Notes under the pieces: model-generated | Databases searched by the model: none | What the model was told of the DNA's origin: nothing | What the model saw: the letters and a program-made list of their open reading frames with translations, nothing else | Shown: positions 52,101 through 64,000 of the stretch, piece by piece | How the letters are laid out: every line of letters starts with the position of its first letter | Position numbering within the stretch: the stretch's first letter is position 1 | Source of the DNA: Malacoraja senta | Lineage: Eukaryota | Direction: 5' to 3' | Assembly (NCBI GenBank): GCA_038087875.1 | Contig: CM075992.1 | Span: 12,278,001 to 12,342,000, forward strand | DNA: 64,000 nt | Program-made: the position numbers and the translations under genes

Positions 52101-52607
52101 CATCTCCCAGGATTATCTAAATCCTTATCTTCACTATCAAACAGGGTCGCCGTGCCAGACATGAAGTCTCCTCGATGAGCGATTACGTGAAGGCCGCCAA
52201 CACGCATGCGCGTCAATCTTCAAAGCAGCGGTGTGAAATCACAGAATAACAGTTATTGAACTAAAATAGTAAGATTAGAGCTGACTAGAACTTCCAGAAA
52301 GATCTTTATGTTATGAGGGTCGGGAGCGGAGGGCACGTAATCGCTCATCGTAACTCCTCATAAAATAAAGATCAAACTTCAAACTGGTAAGTTCTTGTTT
52401 AATCTTACTATTTTACTTCAGAGTCATGTGAGTGACTACGTGAAGATTTTGAAGCTCTGTGATTTCATGCCGTGGAAAACGAGTCCATGCATCACACACG
52501 GCATCAATTGACCAGGATGAGTGAGAAAAAAATTAATGCATTCAAACATGACATGAATAAAAAATGATGATGCTTTAATAACAAAAGAAAATTAACAGTG
52601 ACCCCTC

Positions 52608-53606
52608 TCACCCAGGGGGAAACTGTGAAACAGAACTTAAAACAGAACTAGCAAAAGTCCCAGGTCTGGTGATAGGCTTGTTATAAAACCTTTGGTATGT
52701 CCGCTCATTAGACCATCCCGCAGCCGCTAGAATGAGGTCGAGAAGGACGTCCATATTTCTTGCTGCTGACATCGATGCAGCCCTGTTGAAATGAGGTTTA
52801 AAAGTGTCAGTGTCCACTCCTGCACAGGCCAGAACCTGTTTAATCCACCTAGAGATGGTCTGCACCGTAACCTTTCTATGAGGTTTGGTATAACTAACGA
52901 ATAAGGATAACTCGGAGCCTCTGAGGCTCTTAGTGACTTTAACGTATTGAAGTATGTGTGATACCACACACAACCGTAAGTCTGAGGGAAATGCTATAAA
53001 ACTCAATTTAAGCCCCAACACCCCTGGCCTGCTCTGCTTAATGAGATCCTGAACAAAAACGGTGATGTTATTACAAGACGTAACCATGCTGTCCAGTCTA
53101 AGTTTATTTAACGTCTGGACCCGTTGTGCTGAGGCCAGCACCATGAGCATGACTACCTTAAGTGTAAGATGATGCAGAGACAGAGTTGAAGCTGGTGCCC
53201 ACAGACGGACCAGCGTGAGGACCACGCTCACATCCCATATTTGTGAATACCTGGGCCTAGGGGGAGTAGAGTTAAAAATGCCCTTCATAAACTTTGTTAT
53301 TAAGGGGTGAGATCCTACAGTGTGGTTCCCTGACCCCAGCCATAAATAAGATGACAAAGCGCTCCTGGCCCTATTTATGGCACTGTAACTGAGTTTCTGA
53401 TCATAGAAAAGGGACGAAAGAACTTCCAAAACGTCCGTGATGGAGGCCGTGTCATATGAAATATTTGACCGGGAACAGTACATATCCCATTTCCTTATGT
53501 GAGTGATGTACTGTTTCTGGGTGCTCTTCCTCCAGGCCGCAGTGATCACATCTATCATACGATCTGAAATCCCGAGCCCCAGGAACGGTCTCCTCAGAAT
53601 CTGCAA
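52608..53606 (-). CDS. DIRS tyrosine recombinase (open, 332 aa)
   Basis: Catalytic set R (SAQR), K (IKQS), HxxR (HFNR), W (AGWS), Y (RFYNK) all present. Confidence 0.85.
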   Translation of the reverse strand: MQILRRPFLGLGISDRMIDVITAAWRKSTQKQYITHIRKWDMYCSRSNISYDTASITDVLEVLSSLFYDQKLSYSAINRARSALSSYLWLGSGNHTVGSHPLITKFMKGIFNSTPPRPRYSQIWDVSVVLTLVRLWAPASTLSLHHLTLKVVMLMVLASAQRVQTLNKLRLDSMVTSCNNITVFVQDLIKQSRPGVLGLKLSFIAFPSDLRLCVVSHILQYVKVTKSLRGSELSLFVSYTKPHRKVTVQTISRWIKQVLACAGVDTDTFKPHFNRAASMSAARNMDVLLDLILAAAGWSNERTYQRFYNKPITRPGTFASSVLSSVSQFPPG

Positions 53607-54397
53607 ACCAATAGATTTATACGGTCATGAAGAGGGTGACTTTCCCCTGTCACAGTGTGTACCAGCAGATTTCTGCTCTTCGAAACTGTCATAAAAGGCT
53701 GGGTAATTATAGCTTGGAGGAGTGGGAACCAATGCTGAGTAGGCCAGTCTGGTACTACCAATATGCCAGAGACTTGATTTTGGCCAAACATCGACTGATG
53801 AGGCAGAATGGGGAAAATACATACAAAAATTTCCCATCCCAGTGTAGTGAGAATGCATCTACTGCCACTGCCCCTGGGTCTGGTTCCCATGACACCTAAT
53901 TTGGTAAATGATGATTAAGCCTGGATGCAAACCGGCAAAGTCCGGTACACCATAACAAATGACAATGTCATTAAATACTTCGTGATTCAACATCCATTCT
54001 TTGTTGTCATTGAATTCTCGTGACCTGGTGTCTGCCACTATGTTATAGCTACCTGGTAAATAGATAGCTGAAACCCAGATGTTTCTCATAATACACCAGT
54101 GCCAAATGATATTAGACAATTTATCACAGGATACAGACATAATTCCACCCATGTGATTAATGTATGCTACTGCTGAAGTGTTGTCAATCTGAAGTTGAAC
54201 ATGCACATAATGCATGTTGGTACAATAAGCCTTTAACCCATAAAGTGCTCCCAACAACTTTAAGTAGTTAATACCGTGTGACTGAGGCATCGATGATTTC
54301 TGCAGATCCCATCTGCCACCGCAGCTAGAGACAGTGTTGGTAGCACCCCAACCTAGTGCATTGGCATCAGTTTGCAGGATAACTGATGGTGTATCAA

Positions 54398-55549
54398 CTA
54401 AAATAGTACTAGAACAATACTGAATATTGGTAACCCACCATTGTAACTCAGCAATGGCTTCAGCTGGCAACTGCATGGGTCTATCGAACGACTTCTGCGC
54501 AGCTTAAGTGCCTGCTCCTTTGCACGCTGTAAGTTTTGGTAGTGCAAAGGCCCGAACTGAGCAGCTGGGAAAGCAGCCACTAATTTGCCAATTATACTAG
54601 AAGGTTGATTTTTAATAATGAGTTTCCTGCAGGCTTCAATTAACTCCAATTGCTTGCCCCGAGGCAGAGTCACTGACATGTGCATTGAGTTAATGGTGAA
54701 TCCCAAATAATCAATTATCGTAGATGGTACCAATTTCGAATTAACTGGATGGATTAGGAATCCCAGCCTCTCAAACATAAATTTTGTAACTGACACAGAT
54801 AATTCAGCTAATTCCAAAGTCTTTCCAATGATTAAGATGTCATCCAAATATGTCATGACTATGTGATTCTGTGCCCTGAGTAGCCCCAGGACTGGTTTTA
54901 GCAATTTTGTGAATAGTCTGGGGGCTGAGGTTAACCCATTAGGCAATGCTTTATACTGCCACAATTGCTCCATCCAGCTAAACTTCAAGAATCTCTTGTG
55001 GTCTTCATGAATGGCCACTGAATAGTAAGCATCTTTGAGATCAATGCATGCCATGTAGCATCCCTTGGAAACCAGTTGTTTGGCAGTGACAAAGTTTTCC
55101 ATTTTGAAGTGTTTATACTGCATAAAGGTGTTAAGCTCAGTTAAATCAAGGATAATTCTACATCCTCCATCCTTCTTTTGCCTCGTAAATATGTTGGACA
55201 CAAACTGGTGAGGCTCACGACTCGACCTCTCAATTACCCCTTTCTTGAGTAAAGACTCAATTTCCCCTTGTGCACTCATACACTCCTGTTGTGAAAAAAC
55301 AAAAGTGCGACTAGGTGTATGCTGAGTGGGTGGAGGAGAGTCGGAAAGGAACTCAATTTGGAAACCTTGTATACTGCGCAGTATAAACGGGTCAGATGAC
55401 ATCCAATGCCATTCATGTAAGACAAATTGTAATCTCCCCCCAACTTGCAACTGATCCACCGCAGACTCACTTACCTCAGTGGTTACCGGCGGTATGGTCT
55501 CTACTTCTGCCCCCGAGGTCTGGGGGGTAGAGCTGTTGGAGGGCACCAT
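54398..55549 (-). pseudogene. pol: DIRS-b reverse transcriptase (frameshifted before RNase H, 53859-54476)
   Basis: YLDD and other RT motifs as in 22353-23504. Confidence 0.9.
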
Positions 55550-58500
55550 CCCCGCATCTTGAACATGGCCTTGGCCCTGCCCTAAAAATGGCGTCTGTGT
55601 CTGTACGGAACGTCCAACATATCCGGCGATCCCTCTGGTGTGGAGAGGAGGGTAGGGATACCGTCGCCGGAAAGATGAGACCTTGGGAGGTGCTTAAATA
55701 AGGCCGACGGTTTTAGCCTCCTCATCCAGCTCCTTTACCTGCTTAGGCAAGTCTTCTCTGAACAGGAGGTTAGGGGTTTGGACATTCCCCGGCTTGCAGA
55801 GCCCAGCAAATTTTGGGTTCAGAGCAGGACGGATGGCATTCTTACGGAGGCAATTGATTTCAAAATGTGCATTGCACATTAATGCCATCGTGTCCTGCTG
55901 GGTATCAGAGAGGGCCCCCCATCCACTGACCTGGCAAAGGCCGTGATGCCTGAAGCAAGTAGACTTAGAACTTTTTGAAGTTTAACTTCTTGGGCTCTGA
56001 CGCCCCCTCCAATGTGTCCCCAGATGGAATGGTTTACTACCGGGACACTTAATGAGGCACAGTTCAATGGGGTACTATATTTGGCAGTGGTTTCCTCCAT
56101 AGTTTGGTCTTGGAGTTGATGGGAGGTCAGATAATTAATACTCATAGCGAGGTCTTCTCCCAATGGCTCCCCTGTTAGGGCAGATATAGGAACTTTGGAT
56201 GCCATAGTGGGTACACCCGAGGTTTGCCCCTCATGCCATGAAGCATGCTGCCAAGCTGTGCCTCCGTACTCTGGGTCAGTATAACACTGGCCTCGTATGC
56301 TCCCCTCATCCGAGAGGGAGATATTATGCAGCCCTGACACAGATGCCGCTGCCTCGGGTTCTCCGTAATACCAGGCTCAGATAGCTCCCTCCTTCGGAGC
56401 ATATCACTTTGGAGCAACCTCTCCACCAGGTTCTCCATGTGGGTCAACCTGCCACTTAAGGCTCTGTCTTACCTGTTTGCGGTCATCGGCGGTGAAGCGC
56501 GGCGTCGCCGGTAGCGGGGACCGCGCGGCAACGGCGAGAGCGTCGAGCCTATCCACCGGAGCGCCGCACGGATGCTGCGCGGGGGCCGAGTTAATTCAAA
56601 CACGGCGGGTCCCACGTGCTTGCGGTAAGTAAAAAAAAGGGCGGGCCGACTGCGATGACGTCGGCCCGCCGCACGTGACTCACAAGCGGCGGCTGTGGCG
56701 GCGGCCATCCTGATCGCGGCGCTGTAGCGGTGGCTGTGCCTGCGGCCGTGCAGCACACGTGCCTCACTGGCGGAGGCTGTGGCAGTGGAGGTTTGACGCA
56801 CGGCGCTCGAGCCACACTGGCGGCAGCCCGTGCGAGCGGCCGTGCCGCACTCGTGCATCACTGGTGGAGGTTGTGCGGTGAGTATATAGTTTTCAACATT
56901 GTCGATTTTATTTTAGCACCGTGCGGTGTTGGGAACGCCGCCGCACGGCCCCGGAATTGTACGTTCTCACGAGTGCGCGGTCTATGGCGGCAGATTCTTC
57001 CCGTTTCGCCGCCAATGACCGCAGACTCGTGAGACAGGCCTTTAACGCTGCCAATAACGCTGCCAATAGAAGGAGGGAAAATTTCCACCTCCGGGCCCAA
57101 CTCATCGGAGTCCAGGGCCCTAAGTGACTTTTGAGTGGCTTTCTTCCCCCGCGGGGTAACCAAGGTGCTTTCTGGCTGCACCAAGTCTGTAGCCGCTGGC
57201 TCTTCTGCTAGTGACCCTGAAGGCGAAATCGGCGGTCTCCCGGTACCCGCAGGCCCGCGGTCTTCCCCAGCCGTTTTCGTTGCGGCCCGCCTCTTCATCT
57301 TCGAGTATGATTTTGAATTTGGTGGCCTTGCACCTTGATTGAAATGGTATGAGTGCATTTGAATTTGGTGGCCTTGCACCCTGCTCGAAATGGTATGAGA
57401 CTGCATTTGAATTTGGCGGCCTTGCACCCTGCTTGAAATGGACAGCAATTGAATAATTTTCCAAGACTTTCAGGAAATTGGAAACCAACTTGAAGAATTC
57501 TGTTGAACTTATCTTGCAAAGCTTAAACAAACTCGTGGTGGAAACATCAGCAAATGAAACAATATCCTGTTGGGATAGAGACAGTGCTTTTATCACCACT
57601 TGATCAACCTTTAAGCACCTGTGAACATGCACTCTAACCATTCCTCTACACCACTCTATATCCTTCAATTTATTGCATACTCTCTTACTCATTTGCAATC
57701 ATCTCCCTCCTTCCATCCAATGTACAAGCATAGAAATGCTGTTCAGTGTGGACTTGGTAGGTCGAAGGACCTGTGTCCATGCTGTATCTCTAGTCTAAAA
57801 AACAGGCACTATGGCCCAATTTGTTCATTCTGACCAAGTTGCCCCATCGAAGCTAGTCCCATTAATGTACATTTGACCCATGTCCCTCTGAACCTTTCCA
57901 GAATGTGTATTCTACACCCCAGCGGAATGAACCATAACTTCTCTAACTGCAGGTAGCCCTTGCTCTCTCTCCTTCCCCTCCCCTTCCCTGTCCTCCCACT
58001 GGTCCCACTGTCTCCACCCACTTCCTTTCTTTGTCCTATCTCCTCCCCTGACATCAGTCTGAAGAAGGGTCTCGACCCGAAACATCACCAATTACTTCTC
58101 TCCATAGATGCTGCCTCACCCTCTGAGTTTCTCCAGCATTTTGTGTCTACCTTCAATTTACCAGCATCTGCAATTCTTTCTTCAACAGCTGTGTAATTTG
58201 TTTTGTTCTACAGTAATGTAGGAACAATATGAAACCAACTGACAGGCTGGTCCTTTGTGAATTCTCCACATTGTGCAACTTCAATTATTTACTGTAAGAA
58301 AGGTGAAAGGTTTGGATTTGCAACCTCACAGAAATCTGAAGAAGGGCCCTGACCCAAAATGTCTTTCCATGTCTTCAGCAATACAGCCTGACCCACTGAG
58401 TTACTGCAGCACTTTACATCCATTTTGTAAACCAGATCCTTGTTTCTACTGAAAAAGTTACTTTTATAACTACTAAACCAGGTTCGCTTCTCAATAAACA

Positions 58501-60856
58501 GACACCACACAAACTGTTTGGTAGACCAGTTCAAAACTGTACTTAACATCGGCCGATGGAAGGGAGCGAGAATTCCAGCTAAGTGACCAATGTAGACACT
58601 CGACTGTCCTCGGTCCCCTTCTCTGAACAACAGAATTACATCGCATTATATAGTGTTTCTTTGTCACATTAGCACATTCCACAGACATTAGTCATGGTCA
58701 GAGGTACAGGAAAAGGCATCACATCAAAGGCCTTTTGTTTACAGGTTATGATATACTAAAACATTGGCCATTTGTTTTAGGTCATTTTATCTTCAAAGAG
58801 ATCACCCTAGCTCTTTCGCTGTTTCCTCTCTGTCATTTGGTCCTTCATAAACATAGGCCATTTGTTTTATGGCATCTTATCTTTCCACTTCCCTGGATCC
58901 TCTCTCATCACTTCGCCCCTCCTAAACATTGGTCATTTGGTTTACGGCATCTTACTTCAAAGATGTGACTAGCTGTTTCTCTCTTCCTTTATTGCCTCCT
59001 CCCCCATAAACATTGGTCATTTGGTTTATGGCATCTTACTTCAAAGATGTGACTAGCTGTTTCTTTCTCTGTCACTTCCTCACTTGGGAGACAATGTTAT
59101 GGTATTTATTATCTCAATACCCCAAAACCCGAGGCAACTTAACTTGCCTTTCTGTATTATTCTACTGGAGAAAAGCCTGATTTGTGACTAAATATAAGCT
59201 GTAAGCTTTTCTTATATTTTTAACATAATTCAGCTTTATCATTCCATCCTTTTATCAAAATCTTGATAATAACTACAGTCCTTGCCGAGTACATACGAAA
59301 GACCATAAGCATCTCATCAGGCAAATTATCTCACTGTCTGTAGTCAGGGTATCTTTGCTGCATTTGTCATGTTTGACTCCAATCTTGTTTAAAAGGATGT
59401 GTGTACCATCCTTTAAACGTGGGTTAGTCCGTAAGTTTGCCATTCTGAAGAAAGTCCAGTCCATGTGGGCCACCCCAGAATAAAAGAGGGTCAATAGCTC
59501 CACAAACCGTTCACAGTCAATCAAATGTATCCAACGACGATGATCTTCAATCTTCACAGCAGTTTATGTTGTTGATAGCACTTGGTTTTTCCTTTCAACA
59601 CAATCTCAATTTCTTCTTGTCCCAGCACATGATCATTTTGTAGCCTTTATGGACTCGTCCCTGTGCTCACAGCTCCTCTAACCTGGGAATGCAGATCTGG
59701 CAAGACCTGGATTAATTGCTGTCCATACATAATTAGTTAATTGCCCAGGGCCTGTAGGTGGCTTCCCCCCACTCTCCAGGGGGTGGGCACAGCAGCCTTT
59801 CCTGAATCAATAAAAAAGTTGTAAATCCTGTTTCTCTAGCTGCAGTTGAATAACCCCAATCTACTCTGAAGAAGGGCTTCGGCCCAAAATGATGCCTATT
59901 TCCTTCGCTCCATAGATGCTGCCTCATCCCATGAGTTTCTCCAACACTTTTGTCTACCTTTGATTTTCCAGCATCTGCAGTTCCTTCTTAAACACTTCTC
60001 TGTGAACTTATTCTTTAATCCGATTATATCTGAAGAGGCTCTCCCCACCTAAATATTAAATTCTCCAAATATGTTCTCTTCCCCAATCTACTTATCTTCT
60101 CACCTTTTATCCCTCATTATGAGATCCCTCAAACCCTTTTGTAAGCCATAAGACAATTTTACATGTACATTCATTTCCCTTACACAGCACATGCTTCAAC
60201 ACCTTTGTTCGTCTGCAGACCGTAATCTTGCTTCATTTGCATTTTAAAGGACAACTTCTGTTATCACATCAAAACAATCTTTCCCAAAAGAACTCACTCA
60301 GAATCAGTAATCAATAATACATTTTCTTTTTCTCTGTAATTTTGACATTTCCAATCTCATTTAACACTTTAATTGGGATGAGTCTCTTTTTGAACTCGGC
60401 TCAAAAGATTTATAACAACCAACACATTTTATCATTTGAGTATAGCTCCACCCCCCATTCATGGCAGTGTCTTAAAGGAACACACCATAACCTGCCTGTT
60501 CATTTGCATTTTAAAGGACAAACTGTTCTTAAAGGGACACACACCTTTGCTCATTGCTTCAAATTTCACACATTCCACATACAAAAAACATTGTTTTACA
60601 AGCAGTACATACACAAAAAATTTGTTTTACCAGCAGTATATAATATTTCATCTTCAAAGACGTCTCTTTGTAATTTACTTTCCCTTTTTCTGACAAGACT
60701 TCTGTTTACCAGAATCCTGGTTACCTAACCCTAATTGGACTTTGATCCAGATCATGATTAGTCAGACTCCCCGTGACTTTTCAGTCTCCCTATCCTATCC
60801 TCATTTCTCCACCGAATTTGTCTTCATCCCCAATTTTTCTATAACATAGTTGCTTG

Positions 60857-61471
60857 TCAGAAAAAGGATTCCCCCGGGGTAATTTTGTTTTGCAATGCCC
60901 CAAAGGCTCTTTCCACCATCCCAGATGCCTGTGGGTGATGTACACAGTGAAATTGCTGTCGGATATAAAAATGTGTACATATTTCCTTATTAATAATGGC
61001 AATAAAATGGGGACCATTGTCCAAGCTTATGACAGTAGGTAGGCCAAACCTGGGAATAACTTCCCTTAACACCAATGTTACTGTAGACTCAGCAGTATCA
61101 TTAGTGGTTGGTAGAGCTTCAATCCACCTGCTAAATAAATCTAAAATAACTAAGCAATATTTATAACACTGGGCCCTTGGCATTTCAATAAAATCAATCT
61201 GTATGCATTCAAACGGTCGTGATGGCATTGGTGTCACCCCTGAGGGTATCCTAATTGGTTTGCCTGGATTATTTCGTTGGCAAATTTTACATTCAGAGGC
61301 CTGCTTCAGTGCCTCTTGCCGGATTTTTAGGTGCCACCACGTTTCCTTTATCATCCTTATCATTCCCTCCTTACCAGCATGGGTAAGTGAGTGAATATAT
61401 GTTAGTAAAACAGGTAAAAATGCATCAGATACACCAACTTGTCCAAGCGGGGTGAGCCGAATCAATGGCAC
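60857..61471 (-). CDS. pol: ERV integrase (HHCC zinc finger plus DDE core, C-terminally interrupted)
   Basis: HSLTH...CKIC; QIDF, SLDNGPHF, PQASGMVER. Confidence 0.85.
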   Translation of the reverse strand: MPLIRLTPLGQVGVSDAFLPVLLTYIHSLTHAGKEGMIRMIKETWWHLKIRQEALKQASECKICQRNNPGKPIRIPSGVTPMPSRPFECIQIDFIEMPRAQCYKYCLVILDLFSRWIEALPTTNDTAESTVTLVLREVIPRFGLPTVISLDNGPHFIAIINKEICTHFYIRQQFHCVHHPQASGMVERAFGALQNKITPGESFF

Positions 61472-62408
61472 AGCCCTCTTGTTTCCATAGTTGTTTTGGG
61501 TTATCAGAGGCGTCCCTCTGTAATGTACATACTTCCCTCATGTTTGGCAGGACCGTTCTATTTGCTAGTATCTGTTTACCTGCTGTCACTAAGCATTTGT
61601 ATGCATAGGCTGCTTGTTTGGCTACACTATCGGCAAATGCATTGCCTTTTGTTATAGGGTCCCCAGCACCAGTGTGTGCCGCACATTTAATAATGGTCAG
61701 CTGTTCTGGTAGCATCAATGCCTTAAGCAAATAACGCACAGAAAGGCATTCCCGTGCTCCCAATCCTGGGGAGCTTTGTAAGGTCAGAACTTCAAGGTAT
61801 AAGGATATTACTGACGGAGCTGTCACAGGTAAGGATGCCATTGCTACTGGTAGGACGTAGGGAGGTGGACATCTCCCAGGATTATCTAACTCCTCATCTT
61901 CACTACCAAACGGGGTCGTCGTGCCAGACATGAAGTCTCCTCCAGAGGATTTACCAGTACTGAGGTTATTTTTACTAACCATCACCTGTTTCTCACCTCC
62001 TGCCTGTCTCTTAATTATTTTCTCTTGTTCCTCTGCCCACTGGCATTCTAGTTGCAATACTTTCCATCCTTTCATAGTGCCATCCTTATTTCGTAACTCT
62101 ATCCCTTGTTTACATGCAGTATCCATCCAACTTCGATCTCTACTCTCCTCATGCTTCTTTTCCGCTTCTGCTTTCCACGTCTTAATTCCCTTCTTCCATT
62201 TCTTTCCTGCCTTCCTTTCCCATATCAACATTTCTGCTTTTTTAATTGTCTCGACATTCCATGTGCCCCCTACTGGCGCGGCTTCATCCCCCAACTGTTT
62301 GGTCAACTTGTAACTTAACATTCTAAATTTCTTATTATACTTAGGATTCAAATAACACATATGTTGGATGGGGGTTCCCCCCTCACTGTTATCCAGAGCA
62401 TTCCCCAT
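61425..62408 (-). CDS. gag: Gag N-terminus fused in frame to RNase H C-terminus (327 aa)
   Basis: MGNAL start (myristoylation-like), PPPY late motif, then LLKALMLPEQLTIIKCAAH...GNAFADSVAKQAA; no CA/NC/PR/RT. Confidence 0.8.
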   Translation of the reverse strand: MGNALDNSEGGTPIQHMCYLNPKYNKKFRMLSYKLTKQLGDEAAPVGGTWNVETIKKAEMLIWERKAGKKWKKGIKTWKAEAEKKHEESRDRSWMDTACKQGIELRNKDGTMKGWKVLQLECQWAEEQEKIIKRQAGGEKQVMVSKNNLSTGKSSGGDFMSGTTTPFGSEDEELDNPGRCPPPYVLPVAMASLPVTAPSVISLYLEVLTLQSSPGLGARECLSVRYLLKALMLPEQLTIIKCAAHTGAGDPITKGNAFADSVAKQAAYAYKCLVTAGKQILANRTVLPNMREVCTLQRDASDNPKQLWKQEGCAIDSAHPAWTSWCI

Positions 62409-63190
62409 AGATAGATAGAGAGAAAGAGAAAGAGAAAGCAGACTTCTTAATTACGAATCGTTCCAAATATATCAACCAGGCCGACTCGCTACTCGAGACC
62501 CCAGTTTCTCAATTTGGCTGATTTTTTTATTTTTCTTTACCTCTTTGATATACGACCCAAGTGTCTCAACGAGGCCGCCTCACTAACCGAGACCCCCGTT
62601 TCTCAACCTGGCAGACCTAAAATAAGCCCCATGTGTCTCAACGAAGCAGACCCGCTAACCGAGACCCCCCGTTTCTCAACCTGGCAGACTTCTTAATCTT
62701 TAATATACAACGCCACTTATTTCTTAATCCGACAACTCCCCGGATGTTTCAATAAGCCAGACGCACACCTCAACCCCCGTATCTCAACCCGACAAAACAC
62801 GGATGTCTCAACGAGGCCGATAAGCCCTTAGTAGAGAGAAAAGAAAAAAACAGAGATAGACAGAGAGAGAGAAAGAGAAACCACTCACGTCCTTCTTAAC
62901 AAGATACACAAGCCCTTCTTAAAAATACAAGCACAAGTCTGTCTTAAAAATACATACACAATCCCCACTAAAAAAACCCTATAAAGCCCAACTGGTCTTA
63001 CCTTAGTCTGTTTCTAAGAACCTCGGCAGGGAACCTGGATCAACCTCTGATGAAGGATCACAGACGTTCCCGGGAGTTTCTAGGGAGTCGGTCTTACAAG
63101 GGGGCCGATAGAGCTCAGTTATCTCCCTTCCAATCCCGGCAACCTCTGCAACCTCTTGCACAGTCAGCCGTTGATGTGGTCCCAGCGAGG

Positions 63191-63207
63191 CCTGCATAAC
63201 TACGCCA
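63191..63207 (-). promoter_or_regulatory. Primer-binding site, tRNA-Ser-like
   Basis: TGGCGTAGTTATGCAGG just after the 5' LTR; resembles the complement of the tRNA-Ser 3' end (TGGCGTAGTCGGCAGG). Confidence 0.7.
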
Positions 63208-64000
63208 ATGAAAAAGTTACTTTTATAACTACTAAACCAGGTTCGCTTCTCAATAAACAGACACCACACAAACTGTTTGGTAGACCAGTTCAAAACTTTA
63301 CTTAACATCGGCCGATGGAAGGGAGCGAGAATTCCAGCTAAGTGACCAATGTAGACACTCGACTGTCCTCGGTCCCCTTCTCTGAACAACAGAATTACAT
63401 CGCATTATATAGTGTTTCTTTGTCACATTAGCACATTCCACAGACATTAGTCATGGTCAGAGGTACAGGAAAAGGCATCACATCAAAGGCCTTTTGTTTA
63501 CAGGTTATGATATACTAAAACATTGGCCATTTGTTTTAGGTCATTTTATCTTCAAAGAGATCACCCTAGCTCTTTCGCTGTTTCCTCTCTGTCATTTGGT
63601 CCTTCATAAACATAGGCCATTTGTTTTATGGCATCTTATCTTTCCACTTCCCTGGATCCTCTCTCATCACTTCGCCCCTCCTAAACATTGGTCATTTGGT
63701 TTACGGCATCTTACTTCAAAGATGTGACTAGCTGTTTCTCTCTTCCTTTATTGCCTCCTCCCCCATAAACATTGGTCATTTGGTTTATGGCATCTTACTT
63801 CAAAGATGTGACTAGCTGTTTCTTTCTCTGTCACTTCCTCACTTGGGAGACAATGTTATGGTATTTATTATCTCAATACCCCAAAACCCGAGGCAACTTA
63901 ACTTGCCTTTCTGTATTATTCTACTGGAGAAAAGCCTGATTTGTGACTAAATATAAGCTGTAAGCTTTTCTTATATTTTTAACATAATTCAGCTTTATCA

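Larger units (their letters stand above)
40856..52172 (-). mobile_element. ERV-A copy in unit 2 with nested L2 (~42656-42855, 49122-50450) and L1
   Basis: Colinear with 8579-20167. Confidence 0.85.
52173..57311 (-). mobile_element. DIRS-b copy in unit 2 (with MITE 56459-57042)
   Basis: Colinear with 20168-25266. Confidence 0.93.
33408..62357 (+). repeat. Unit 2 of the ~32-33 kb duplication (paralog or haplotype of 1-30312)
   Basis: Position 1 aligns to 33408; colinear order of all shared elements; offset ~32045 in the right part. Confidence 0.97.
58450..64000 (-). mobile_element. Complete 5.55-kb internally deleted provirus ERV-B (3' LTR 58450-59241, 5' LTR 63209-64000)
   Basis: Two 792-bp TG...CA LTRs with one difference seen by eye; PBS ~63191-63207; PPT 59242-59253; splice-donor-like AAGGTAAG ~62997-63004; gag, RNase H and IN remnants. 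Confidence 0.95.

Noticed and set aside
63047..63090. CTGATGA hammerhead core in the ERV leader
   Set aside because: No stem II closed by GAAA follows.

Overview
Eukaryotic (vertebrate, probably cartilaginous fish such as a skate; this is inferred from the CR1/V-SINE-like/Penelope/DIRS repertoire) transposon-dense DNA with no recognisable host gene. The window is two related units of about 32-33 kb (unit 1 = 1-30312, ending at a 200-N gap; unit 2 = 33408-64000). Each unit holds a GA-rich satellite, a 48-bp minisatellite array, a decayed ERV with nested L2 and L1 (plus a CR1 inside the unit-1 L1), a minus-strand DIRS1-type tyrosine-recombinase retrotransposon interrupted by a Harbinger-type MITE, a Penelope 3' end with a hammerhead-like motif, and a young internally deleted ERV. 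The units differ by several insertions, so filled and empty sites can be compared directly. This shows DIRS integration at a TTTTACT homology core, a MITE with a TTA TSD, and an ERV with a GCCT TSD whose interior is replaced by an L1 fragment. No clearly new host system is evident. The most notable items are a non-autonomous ERV lineage, the DIRS crossover site, a composite insertion at a phase-continuous break in the 48-bp array, and the mosaic age of the duplication. All alignments and counts were done by eye.
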